31,909 bases of DNA from Snowella sp. (GCA_035285545.1 JAYKGY010000147.1:1-31909); one strand, 5' to 3'. Positions 10,247-19,035 are shown, numbered from the stretch's first letter. Numbers and translations are program-made. Notes: generated by a model from the sequence alone, not told the origin.

Positions 10247-12073
10247 ATGGTTAACCAAGCATCGGCGATCGCTCCCAATGAAGCCCCATCGATAAAATTG
10301 CCTCGAACCAGTGAATCCGAGCAACTCAAACGCATTCGCCACACGACCTCTCACATCATGGCAATGGCCGTGCAAAAGCTGTTTCCCAAAGCGCAAGTCA
10401 CCATTGGCCCCTGGACAGAAAACGGATTTTATTACGACTTTGATAGCCCTGAACCCTTTACCGAACAGGATCTCAAGGCAATTAAAAAGGAAATGATTAA
10501 GATTATTAATCAAAAGTTGCCGGTCTTGCGGGAAGAAGTCAGCCGAACCGAAGCCGAAACTCGAATTAAAGCCATTAACGAACCCTACAAACTAGAAATT
10601 TTAGACGGTATTCAAGAACCGATCACGATTTACCATTTAGGCGATAAATGGTGGGATCTCTGTGCAGGCCCGCATTTAGAAAATACCACAGACATTAATC
10701 CCAAGGCGATCGATCTCGAAAGTGTAGCGGGAGCCTACTGGCGCGGCGACTCTAACAACGCCCAACTGCAACGCATCTATGGGACTGCCTGGGAAAATCC
10801 TGAACAATTAGCGGAATACAAACGGCGCAAAGAGGAAGCCTTAAAACGGGATCACCGCAAGTTAGGAAAACAACTGGGTTTATTTCTCTTTTCCGATGAT
10901 GTAGGGCCAGGTTTACCCCTCTGGACACCGAAAGGAACAATTATTCGCTCTTTATTGGAAGATTTCCTGAAACAGGAACAGTTAAAACGAGGTTATCTTC
11001 CTGTTGTTACACCTCACATTGCTAGGGTTGATCTCTTTAAAACTTCTGGTCATTGGCAAAAGTACAAAGAAGATATGTTTCCCATGATGGCGGAGGATGA
11101 AAAATCCGTCGAGTTAGAACAGGGTTTTGTCCTTAAACCGATGAATTGCCCGTTTCATATCCAAATTTATAAAAACGAATTGCGTTCCTATCGAGATTTG
11201 CCTTTACGCTTAGCGGAATTTGGAACCGTTTACCGTTATGAACAATCAGGCGAATTGGGGGGATTAACCCGTGTAAGGGGCTTTACCGTTGATGATTCCC
11301 ACCTATTTGTCACCCCTGAACAGTTAGATGCAGAATTTTTGAGCGTGGTGGATCTGATCCTGTCGGTGTTTAAGAGTTTACAGCTCAAGAACTTTAAAGC
11401 CCGTCTTTCCTTCCGAGATCCCGAATCGGATAAATACATTGGCTCGAATGAAGCTTGGGAAAAGGCACAGGGAGCCATTCGTCGGGCGGTGCAAACCTTG
11501 GGTATGGATTATTTTGAGGCTCCAGGAGAAGCGGCATTTTATGGGCCGAAATTAGACTTTATTTTCCAAGATGCCCTAGAACGGGAATGGCAATTGGGAA
11601 CGGTACAAGTTGACTACAATTTGCCCGAACGCTTTGATTTGGAATATATTACCAATGATGGTTCTCGTCAGCGACCTGTGATGATTCACCGTGCGCCCTT
11701 TGGTTCTTTAGAACGGTTAATTGGCATTTTAATTGAGGAATATGCGGGAGATTTCCCGTTATGGTTAGCTCCGATTCAAGTTCGTTTATTACCCGTGAGT
11801 GATGCCCAATTAGATTACGCCAAATCCGTTGCAGGGCAATTACAATCCCTGGGAATTCGAGCAGAAGTGGATACCAGTGGCGAACGCTTAGGCAAGATGA
11901 TTCGTAATGCAGAAACCCAAAAAATCCCTATTATGTCGGTTATCGGCGCAAAAGAGGCTGAATCTAATAGTTTAAGCATTCGGACTCGTGCTTCGGGAGA
12001 TTTGGGTATGCTCTCGGTTACTGAAGTTTTGGAGAAAATCCAGTCAGCGATCGCGAACTATACTAATTTTTAG
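10247..12073 (+). CDS. thrS: threonyl-tRNA synthetase
   Basis: RHTTSH, DLCAGPH, RDHRKLG, KPMNCPFH, RVRGFTVDD, HRAPFGSLER. Confidence 0.98.
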   Translation: MVNQASAIAPNEAPSIKLPRTSESEQLKRIRHTTSHIMAMAVQKLFPKAQVTIGPWTENGFYYDFDSPEPFTEQDLKAIKKEMIKIINQKLPVLREEVSRTEAETRIKAINEPYKLEILDGIQEPITIYHLGDKWWDLCAGPHLENTTDINPKAIDLESVAGAYWRGDSNNAQLQRIYGTAWENPEQLAEYKRRKEEALKRDHRKLGKQLGLFLFSDDVGPGLPLWTPKGTIIRSLLEDFLKQEQLKRGYLPVVTPHIARVDLFKTSGHWQKYKEDMFPMMAEDEKSVELEQGFVLKPMNCPFHIQIYKNELRSYRDLPLRLAEFGTVYRYEQSGELGGLTRVRGFTVDDSHLFVTPEQLDAEFLSVVDLILSVFKSLQLKNFKARLSFRDPESDKYIGSNEAWEKAQGAIRRAVQTLGMDYFEAPGEAAFYGPKLDFIFQDALEREWQLGTVQVDYNLPERFDLEYITNDGSRQRPVMIHRAPFGSLERLIGILIEEYAGDFPLWLAPIQVRLLPVSDAQLDYAKSVAGQLQSLGIRAEVDTSGERLGKMIRNAETQKIPIMSVIGAKEAESNSLSIRTRASGDLGMLSVTEVLEKIQSAIANYTNF

Positions 12074-12362
12074 TTAGTGGGCAAATTAAATCTCCCCGAT
12101 GTTCTGCTCTCTCCCTGACGTAAACATACTTTTTCCGATAAATTGGTTTTGAGTTGAAATTTTTAGCTAATTCAGTCCATACTTTTTCCTCTTGTTATAT
12201 TAGTTTGCTTCCTTTTTAATTGAAAAAAAGCCTGTTGGTAAAGAATGGATGATAAAAGTCTTGACAACGTTCTATTTAACGAGTTTATCTTGCACTTTTT
12301 CGATATTTCATTCAATATTCCAATAGCCCATTTTTACTTAGTTGATTTTTGGAAATAAATTT

Positions 12363-13832
12363 ATGACAGCAAGTAGTCCACAATTGCGATTTTGGGTCGA
12401 TATGGCTCTAGAATGTGTACGTCGTGACCACACAGCAAGTATTAGCCCTGGCGACCAGAGAGGCCCTTTTCTCACTGCAAGAGCTTTAGGAATGGCATTA
12501 GCTGCCCTCAATGATGCTCATGCTTATGCTTCTGATCGTACACCCTTGTTATCACTGGGTGACACTTCAGGTTTATCTAGTGTGACAAATCCTGATGTCG
12601 CAGGAGCAGCCGCCTGTGCCCAAGTCCTCAAACTGCGATATCCAAACCAAGCAAGTCTGCTGGAATTAGCATGGATTCGTTGGCTTGAATATTTTGAATT
12701 TGGGGCAGAGACGAATTCTGATCAAATAGCAGGACGTAATTTTGGAACAGCAGTTCACCAGTTTGGAAGTGCTGACACGTTTAATGCTGCCGCCGATCAG
12801 TACATTCCTAGTGGAGATCCATACACTCATATCGCGCCACCAACCCAGCCAACACAAGCTTACGCAGGGGCGCGATGGGGAGAGTCAAAAGCCTTGCTAG
12901 CAACCAGAGTTCCAAATTTTCCATTTCCTCCGGGAAGAATTTCTGACAAAAAAGTGGAGGCAACCAGCCACTATACAGAGGACTTTACCAAGGTTGCGGC
13001 AAAAGGTTATATTGATCGCTCCCGCGGTCGTAAGCTTAACGAAGAAGTTATCGGTATTGCTTGGGGCTACGATGGCCCAACAGAAATTGGAACTCCACCT
13101 CGGTTATATATGCAGGTAGTACTGACCATACTTGATGCAATTGAAGCTCGGATGACTAGTCAGTTGACTTCTGTGGATGAGTTACAAATTATCGCTGGGG
13201 TTGCTATCGCAATGGCAGACGCGGGAATTGATGCGTGGTACTACAAGTACAATCCTGAACATATGATGTGGCGACCAGCAGTGGGTATTCGTAATGCCAT
13301 AGAAGGAAATGGAGTTGCAGATCTTCATTGGCTCCCTCTTGGTCGTCCCGACACGAACGGATCGGGTACAGCTCTTACGCCTGATTTTCCTGCCTACCCG
13401 TCAGGCCATGCAACCTTCGGTGCAACTGCATTTCACTTGTTAAGACTCTTTTTAGTAGAAAAAGGTGTTGCAAGTTTTGACGAAAACGGGGTTGACAACG
13501 TGAGTTTTGATTTTGTGTCGGATGAATTTAATGGTCGTAATAAAGATCCCAGAACAATGCAACCACGTGAGCGGATAACCCTTCCTTATTCCAGTTTATG
13601 GCAGGCAATCATCGACAATTCAGTAAGCCGTGTGTACTTAGGTGTTCACTGGCAGTTTGATGGTGTTACAATCCGTAATTCAGACAACACAGGTGACGAG
13701 TTTGGGGTTCCCGACTCACCCAGTGTTCTAGGTAAAACTGGCGGTGTTTGGCTGGGTATGCAGATTGCCAACCAAATTGCACCGAGCCTTGGTATTACCT
13801 CAGAGACTATAGAGGCTTCAAAGAGCTTGTAA
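12363..13832 (+). CDS. vanadium-dependent haloperoxidase (chloroperoxidase-like, PAP2 superfamily)
   Basis: K...WRP, PDFPAYPSGHATFG and SRVYLGVHWQFD vanadate-binding motifs, plus ARALGM and YDG..IGTPPR. ATG at 12363 is preferred over TTG at 12342. Confidence 0.88.
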   Translation: MTASSPQLRFWVDMALECVRRDHTASISPGDQRGPFLTARALGMALAALNDAHAYASDRTPLLSLGDTSGLSSVTNPDVAGAAACAQVLKLRYPNQASLLELAWIRWLEYFEFGAETNSDQIAGRNFGTAVHQFGSADTFNAAADQYIPSGDPYTHIAPPTQPTQAYAGARWGESKALLATRVPNFPFPPGRISDKKVEATSHYTEDFTKVAAKGYIDRSRGRKLNEEVIGIAWGYDGPTEIGTPPRLYMQVVLTILDAIEARMTSQLTSVDELQIIAGVAIAMADAGIDAWYYKYNPEHMMWRPAVGIRNAIEGNGVADLHWLPLGRPDTNGSGTALTPDFPAYPSGHATFGATAFHLLRLFLVEKGVASFDENGVDNVSFDFVSDEFNGRNKDPRTMQPRERITLPYSSLWQAIIDNSVSRVYLGVHWQFDGVTIRNSDNTGDEFGVPDSPSVLGKTGGVWLGMQIANQIAPSLGITSETIEASKSL

Positions 13833-14088
13833 AACAAGACGCAGAAGAGCTAAAGGCTTGGTTTGTCTCTCGATAACCCAGCCTTTTATCAAAAAGTCTA
13901 TTTGAGGCAACCGAATTTTGACTAAGAGGCATATCCCGTTCGGTGCGTACCCATTGAGATTGTCGATTGACTAAAAAAGCGAAGTACAGGGGGATTTTCC
14001 ACAAAATATAAAAGGGAATCGATAGTAGGGTTTTAGCCGCAATGGTATCTCGTCCAAATTTTGCCCAGGCACTGAGAATCGCGATCGC
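13807..14088 (-). pseudogene. 3' fragment of a family 2 glycosyltransferase gene
   Basis: AWAKFGR...IPFYILWKIPLYFAFLVNRQSQWVRTERD resembles the C-terminus of cyanobacterial membrane GT2 proteins; the catalytic N-terminal domain is absent. Confidence 0.65.
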
Positions 14089-14228
14089 AAACAGACACCC
14101 TGAAGCCATTACAAGAAAAAATGGAAGAATATCTTCAAAATGGTGCAAGTTTAGGCTGGTTAATTGATCGTAAACATTGTCAAAGTTGTATTTATCATCC
14201 AGATAATCCCGATATTGTAAAAGGAGAG
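14082..14228 (+). pseudogene. internal/C-terminal fragment of a Uma2 family endonuclease
   Basis: Manual translation gives RSQTDTLKPLQEKMEEYLQNGASLGWLIDRKHCQSCIYHPDNPDIVKGE, a typical Uma2 C-terminal half. No N-terminal half; not in the ORF track. Confidence 0.75.
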
Positions 14229-14245
14229 AAGTTGAATTGTCGAAA

Positions 14246-14875
14246 CTATCCATCCAGAAACTCAATCTTATCAATGAGGATCATTTCTTTATAGGATTGA
14301 TTAATCTTTTGTAGTTCCTTGAGTTCAGTGTCTAGTTGTGAAAGAGTGAAAATATCAACCAATCTAACTTGACAATCGACACTAAAATTTGTGATTGTCG
14401 TTCGTTTAATATTTTGAAAAAATTTAGAATTATTTGCCGTTGTTTGTAGCATTTCTAAGATAGAACTAATTTTTTCTTTTGCTATATGTTTATTTTCTTG
14501 GAGATAATTTGCCGTAAATTGCATTTGAGATTTATCTTGGATCTCAATAAAGATTCTCGAATAACCAACGAAAACTGGCAAGTTAGAATCTTTTGTAGGA
14601 TGATTACGATTGATCAGCGTTGATAAACTTTCTGTTGTTTTAAATAAAATATCCTGTCGGTGAATAACTTTAGCAATCACACAATAATCATGAAACCGAT
14701 TTACTGCTTTGTAATAAAATGCCAATTCAACATCATCCTTTACCTGCAAAAATGGATCTAAAAAAGATATTTTAATTGGCACATCGATAAAATGCGATTT
14801 TTTTAAACCGCATATTTCAACAGTATAAAAAAACATGACGATTGGAGTAGTTGCTAAAGTCTCTAAAGCAATCAA
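14246..14875 (-). CDS. hypothetical protein, AT-rich, no recognisable family
   Basis: 209-codon ORF in very AT-rich DNA, where long ORFs are unlikely by chance; 16 nt downstream of sqr on the same strand. Start is TTG 14875 or ATG 14836. Confidence 0.6.
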   Translation of the reverse strand: MIALETLATTPIVMFFYTVEICGLKKSHFIDVPIKISFLDPFLQVKDDVELAFYYKAVNRFHDYCVIAKVIHRQDILFKTTESLSTLINRNHPTKDSNLPVFVGYSRIFIEIQDKSQMQFTANYLQENKHIAKEKISSILEMLQTTANNSKFFQNIKRTTITNFSVDCQVRLVDIFTLSQLDTELKELQKINQSYKEMILIDKIEFLDG

Positions 14876-14891
14876 GACACTTGAAGATTGA

Positions 14892-16145
14892 TTATTGACT
14901 CAATAAAAACTTCCATTTATCAGGTTCAAACTGCTCTCCTTTTAACATTCGATTCCAATAGAGCCAGGGCAGAACGTAGCGTTTCACCATCCACATACTC
15001 CAACGCTCTTGGGTGGGATCGAAGGGAAAGCTCGATTTGGGTTTACTGTCATAGTCAAACTCAGCCATGATGGTTTTGCCGTAACCTGTTACTAAGGGAC
15101 AGCAGGTATAGCCACCATATTGAGCCTCTAAGGAACGCGATCGCGCCAAAGCCAATAAATTTTGAGCCACTACAGGAGCTTGTTTCCGAATGGCCGCCGC
15201 CGTCCGAGAAGTGGGCAAAGAAGACGCATCCCCTAAGCTAAAGATATTGGGATAAACGTTATGTTGCAGGGTAAATTTATTCACATCAACCCAACCCTTA
15301 CTGGGCCCTTCTTTCCCTGCGAGAGGACTCGTTTTAATAAAATCAGGTGGACTCATGGGGGGCGCAACATGGATCAGGTCGTAATGAACGCTAATCTCTT
15401 GAACACCCGCATCGGTGGTGACATCAAAAATGGCTTCTTTGTTGTCGGCTTTAATTTCCTTGAGGTTGTGTTTATAGTTGACTTCAATCCCTTTATTTGC
15501 AGCAACTTTCTCTAAGGATTCACAATAGCCAGGAATCCCAAAAATTTTAGCAACCGCGACTTCGTAAATAATTTTGGTCTGATTTCTGACCCCATTTTTT
15601 CGGAACGCTTCATCCGCTAAATACATGATTTTTTGGGGCGCACCTGCACATTTAATCGGCGTTGCAGGAAAGGTAAAAACCGCATTTCCGCCTTTAAAGT
15701 TATTAATTAATTCCCAGGTATAGGGGGCAAACCGTTTATCGTAATTACTGGTAACGCCATTTTTTCCTAATGCTTCGGGTAAGCCTTTGATTAAATTCCA
15801 ATCAATTTGAATCCCAGGGCAAACAATTAAATAATCATAAGTAAGATTGCGCCCATCTTGGGTTGTGACCGAATTTTGCTCAGGATTGAACTCACTAACA
15901 GCGGTTTTTATCCAATTAGCTCCGGCGGGAATACAATCTTTTTCATCCCTAATGGTATCTTCAAGTTTATAGACCCCGCCACCTACTAATGTCCAAGCGG
16001 GTTGGTAGTAATGTTTATCAGACGGTTCAATAATCGCAATATCGAGGTTTGAATCCTGTTTAAGTAATTGAGCAGTAACGGTAATTCCTGCCGCGCCGCC
16101 GCCAATAACGAGAATTTGATAGTGATTTTTAATCGAGGTAGACAT
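14892..16145 (-). CDS. sqr: sulfide:quinone oxidoreductase (type II / SQRDL-like flavoprotein)
   Basis: GGGAAG FAD motif, HYYQPAWTLVGGG, KCAGAPQK, YTCCPLVTGYGK..AEFDY, LPWLYWN. Confidence 0.88.
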   Translation of the reverse strand: MSTSIKNHYQILVIGGGAAGITVTAQLLKQDSNLDIAIIEPSDKHYYQPAWTLVGGGVYKLEDTIRDEKDCIPAGANWIKTAVSEFNPEQNSVTTQDGRNLTYDYLIVCPGIQIDWNLIKGLPEALGKNGVTSNYDKRFAPYTWELINNFKGGNAVFTFPATPIKCAGAPQKIMYLADEAFRKNGVRNQTKIIYEVAVAKIFGIPGYCESLEKVAANKGIEVNYKHNLKEIKADNKEAIFDVTTDAGVQEISVHYDLIHVAPPMSPPDFIKTSPLAGKEGPSKGWVDVNKFTLQHNVYPNIFSLGDASSLPTSRTAAAIRKQAPVVAQNLLALARSRSLEAQYGGYTCCPLVTGYGKTIMAEFDYDSKPKSSFPFDPTQERWSMWMVKRYVLPWLYWNRMLKGEQFEPDKWKFLLSQ

Positions 16146-16255
16146 AAATCGAGGAGAAAGTCAGTTTTACCATTAGTGAATAATGAATGCTGACTCACGA
16201 TAACTCAACTTTTCGGACTAACCGCATTTCGTTTATAAAAATTTAAGCCCTGTAA

Positions 16256-16362
16256 AACTATGTTTAAAAAGCCCCCCTACCCCCCAAGATTGGGGGAAAG
16301 TTTGACAAGTCCCTCAGTATTGGGGGATTTAGCGGGCAAAATCAAACATTACAAGCAGGTTC
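16256..16362. mobile_element. MITE-like element, copy 1 (IS5/IS1031-like ends, internal C/G-run hairpins)
   Basis: 107 bp flanked by TAA (16253-55) and TAA (16363-65); degenerate terminal inverted repeats; internal CCCCCAA-GA-TTGGGGG hairpin; collinear with 17997-18104. Confidence 0.7.
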
Positions 16363-16371
16363 TAAAGATTT

Positions 16372-17643
16372 TTATTGTGTATAAACTTCGATAAGCTGTT
16401 GAGATTTCACCCAATTATCGGCATAGGCGATCGCGTCTTCAACGGTTTTCACTTTCCCTTCAATTTGAGCAATTTGGACTTCTGTTAATAAGCGTCCGAT
16501 CAAGGGGCTGGGTTTTAAGCTTAACTTTTGGATTAGGTCATTGCCTGTAATCAAGGGTTGGGGATGGGCAACGGGATCGGCAGGATCGAGATAACGAGCT
16601 AAGAGAAAATGAATGGTTCCCAGATCGAATTGATTGGCTAGGGCAAACAGCATCAAAATGGGAAAATATTTACCCACTTCTAAAAAGAGAAAATACTGCG
16701 ATCGCAGATTCACTCTTAACTCTTCTTGAGATAACAGAGATAGGGATTTTAAAATCGCAATAACCGCACGGGTTTCCTGCCGAGAATATTTGAGATTATC
16801 CAGTTCTAATTCGGCAATTTCCAATAAAGGTGAAACTAAACAAGCTAATTTGGCTGTTTGTACCCCTTTTTTGTCTAAGGCTTGCAGGAAACGGGATAAT
16901 TCTTCTGGCGTTAAGGTTGCTTTGAGGGTCGCGATCGCCTGATCTACCCGACTCGATTGCTCGATTTTGTCTAAAGTCGCTTGTTTAAACCAGGGCGTTA
17001 ATAACCCATCCTGCCAAGCCGCCAATAACCAACCGTTGCCTTGGGGATTAGCCAACAGGTAACTTAACTCCGACTGTACCCGTTCAGCCGCTACTTGACC
17101 TAATAAAGGTGCCAATTGACGGATGGTTTCCCTGGTGGCGGGATCAATTTGGAAATATAACTGGGCTGCTTGACGATAGGCCCGCAATAACCGCAGGGGA
17201 TCATCCGCCAAGTTTTCAGCCGCAACCATTTTTAACACCCCTTTTTGCAAGTCTGCACTGCCATTGAGGGGATCAATTAATTTTTCTTCAAGCAAGTTAT
17301 AGGCGATCGCGTTAATGGTAAAGTCTCGCCGTTGCAGGTCAGCCTCTAGGGAATTTCCTTCCTGTAGAGCAAAATCCACCGTTGCCTGAGGAAAAACAAC
17401 CCTAGCAATTTGACGAGCTTTATCCAAAACTACAAATCCTACTTTGTACCGTTCCGCGATCGCTTTTGCTGTTTCAATGGCTGCACGGGGTAAAACGAAA
17501 TCCCAATCCAAATATTCCCGTTTCCGCCCTAATAAGGCATCCCGAACCGCACCGCCGACTAAGCAAGCATCCGCAGGTAGTAATGCCAAATCAAAGGGTA
17601 ATTGGGAACGAAGACTCGATAATTGGGATAACAAAGACAACAT
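16372..17643 (-). CDS. class II tRNA nucleotidyltransferase (probably CC-adding)
   Basis: LVGGAVRD, DWD, EADLQRRDFTINA, DDPLRLLRAYR. Confidence 0.9.
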   Translation of the reverse strand: MLSLLSQLSSLRSQLPFDLALLPADACLVGGAVRDALLGRKREYLDWDFVLPRAAIETAKAIAERYKVGFVVLDKARQIARVVFPQATVDFALQEGNSLEADLQRRDFTINAIAYNLLEEKLIDPLNGSADLQKGVLKMVAAENLADDPLRLLRAYRQAAQLYFQIDPATRETIRQLAPLLGQVAAERVQSELSYLLANPQGNGWLLAAWQDGLLTPWFKQATLDKIEQSSRVDQAIATLKATLTPEELSRFLQALDKKGVQTAKLACLVSPLLEIAELELDNLKYSRQETRAVIAILKSLSLLSQEELRVNLRSQYFLFLEVGKYFPILMLFALANQFDLGTIHFLLARYLDPADPVAHPQPLITGNDLIQKLSLKPSPLIGRLLTEVQIAQIEGKVKTVEDAIAYADNWVKSQQLIEVYTQ

Positions 17644-17747
17644 AGGATAGATTAATAAAAATTCAATCTGGGAGTTGACCCAGAATCAAGGGGTCTAAGC
17701 TAGAGTAGCAAATAAGGAATTCTCACCGTTTCTCAACTCTAAAGGCC

Positions 17748-17996
17748 ATGTGTATTTGTGTAAACTGCCATTATGTTGATCGCTGTGCCACTTACCACGT
17801 CGTTGAGCATCAGCACCAACAACCCCATCTTACTGAATCGCCCGACTTTGAGCCGATAGAACCGAGTATTAATGTTAACATTCGCTCTCAAACTGATTAT
17901 ATCGAAATGGAATGGGATGTCGTCGGTTGCCAGAGTTTCCGTCAAGATACGGGACGTTGGGCAAAATTGCGACCAGGTGAAGCGATCCCAACTTAA
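17748..17996 (+). CDS. ycf34: Ycf34 family Fe-S protein
   Basis: MCICVNCHYVDRCATYH...EMEWDVVGC. Confidence 0.93.
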   Translation: MCICVNCHYVDRCATYHVVEHQHQQPHLTESPDFEPIEPSINVNIRSQTDYIEMEWDVVGCQSFRQDTGRWAKLRPGEAIPT

Positions 17997-18104
17997 GAGC
18001 ATTTTTGAAAAGCCCCCCTAGCCCCCCAATGTTGAGGGAAATCTTTCAAAGCCCCCCAGTATTGAGGGATTTAGGGGGCAAAATAAAACTTTGTAAACAG
18101 GTTC
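17997..18104. mobile_element. MITE-like element, copy 2
   Basis: 108 bp. Ends GAGCATTTTTGAAAAG / CTTTGTAAACAGGTTC form an 11/16 inverted match. Flanked by TAA (ycf34 stop, 17994-96) and TAA (18105-07). Confidence 0.72.
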
Positions 18105-18125
18105 TAAGTTTCACATAAAATATAA

Positions 18126-18293
18126 ATGGCAAAAAAAGACGGTAATTTCATTAAGTTAAAGGCTGAAATCGAGTCTGAGCGAGAGACTGCTTATTTGCTG
18201 AAAAGCGAAGTCATGAAAGAAAGACTTTTAGCTGCTAAAAATCGTTCAGATGGCATGACACTTGAGGAAGTCTGTGAAAAACTTGAAATTTAA
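18126..18293 (+). CDS. small type II antitoxin-like protein (YefM/Phd C-terminal-like), 55 aa
   Basis: Manual translation MAKKDGNFIKLKAEIESERETAYLLKSEVMKERLLAAKNRSDGMTLEEVCEKLEI; ETAYLL.S....RL is the YefM toxin-binding signature. Confidence 0.65.
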   Translation: MAKKDGNFIKLKAEIESERETAYLLKSEVMKERLLAAKNRSDGMTLEEVCEKLEI

Positions 18294-18327
18294 TGTAGTC
18301 TCTGAGTTTAAAACTTTTGTCAATTGA
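18274..18327 (+). pseudogene. possible 5' stump of a Txe/YoeB toxin gene
   Basis: A GTG overlapping the antitoxin 3' end gives MKNLKFNVVSEFKTFVN*; the first residues resemble YoeB-type starts (MKNLEF...). Confidence 0.35.
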
Positions 18328-18392
18328 CAGATGAGAAGCGATCGCGTCAAGATAGAAAGTGATGCGTAAATTTTTGTAAAGCTGGTTACTTA

Positions 18393-19022
18393 ATGTCCTT
18401 AGAGTTCTTATCGGTTGATTACATTCAAGAAATTGCACGTCAATACGGTTATTGGGCTGTTTTCATCGGTATTGCTCTAGAAAACACAGGCATTCCTATC
18501 CCAGGCGAAACCCTAACCATTGTAGGTGGCTTTTTAGCCGGTAGCGGAGAACTCAATTACTGGCTGGTGTTATTAACCGTCACCACAGGAGCCGTCTTAG
18601 GCGATAACTTTGGCTACTGGATCGGACGCTGGGGTGGTTGGTCTTTTTTGGTGAAAGCGGGTCAAGTCTTTAAAATTCCTGAACATAAGCTAGAAGTTGC
18701 TCGACGCTATTTTAGTAACAATGCGGCTAAAGCGGTATTTTTTGGACGTTTTGTAACTTTACTGAGGGTTTTTGCTGGGCCGATGGCGGGGATTGTGCAA
18801 ATGCCCTATTCCCAATTTTTACTCTGTAATCTGGGCGGTGCTACCCTCTGGGCCAGTGTTACGGTAACGCTTTCCTTTTTCTTGGGTCGTTTGATGCCCT
18901 TGGAACAAGTCATGGCTTTATTGACCAAGTTTGGATTGATTATTTTAATTGTGGTCGTGATTTCGGCGATCGCGTTGGCTTTGGTGGAATTTTCTAAGTC
19001 CAAAGTGGAACTTAAAGAGTAG
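18393..19022 (+). CDS. DedA family membrane protein
   Basis: LENTGIPIPGE, GDNFGYWIGR, FFGRFVTLLR, AG..MPY. Confidence 0.93.
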   Translation: MSLEFLSVDYIQEIARQYGYWAVFIGIALENTGIPIPGETLTIVGGFLAGSGELNYWLVLLTVTTGAVLGDNFGYWIGRWGGWSFLVKAGQVFKIPEHKLEVARRYFSNNAAKAVFFGRFVTLLRVFAGPMAGIVQMPYSQFLLCNLGGATLWASVTVTLSFFLGRLMPLEQVMALLTKFGLIILIVVVISAIALALVEFSKSKVELKE

Positions 19023-19035
19023 TTTTTTAGGCAGT

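Noticed and set aside
12261..12291. TTGACA upstream of the haloperoxidase as a sigma70 promoter
   Set aside because: The best -10 (TATCTT) is 19 nt away, which is weak evidence in AT-rich DNA.
13807..14274. The 155-aa ORF as a real full-length gene
   Set aside because: Its N-terminal part is largely the antisense of a Uma2 fragment and its C-terminal part is a GT2 tail, so it is best read as a chimeric scar.
16256..18104. The repeat pair as a CRISPR array or composite transposon
   Set aside because: Only two copies 1.6 kb apart, with no spacers, cas genes or transposase. Each copy has its own TAA flanks and the enclosed genes are core genes.
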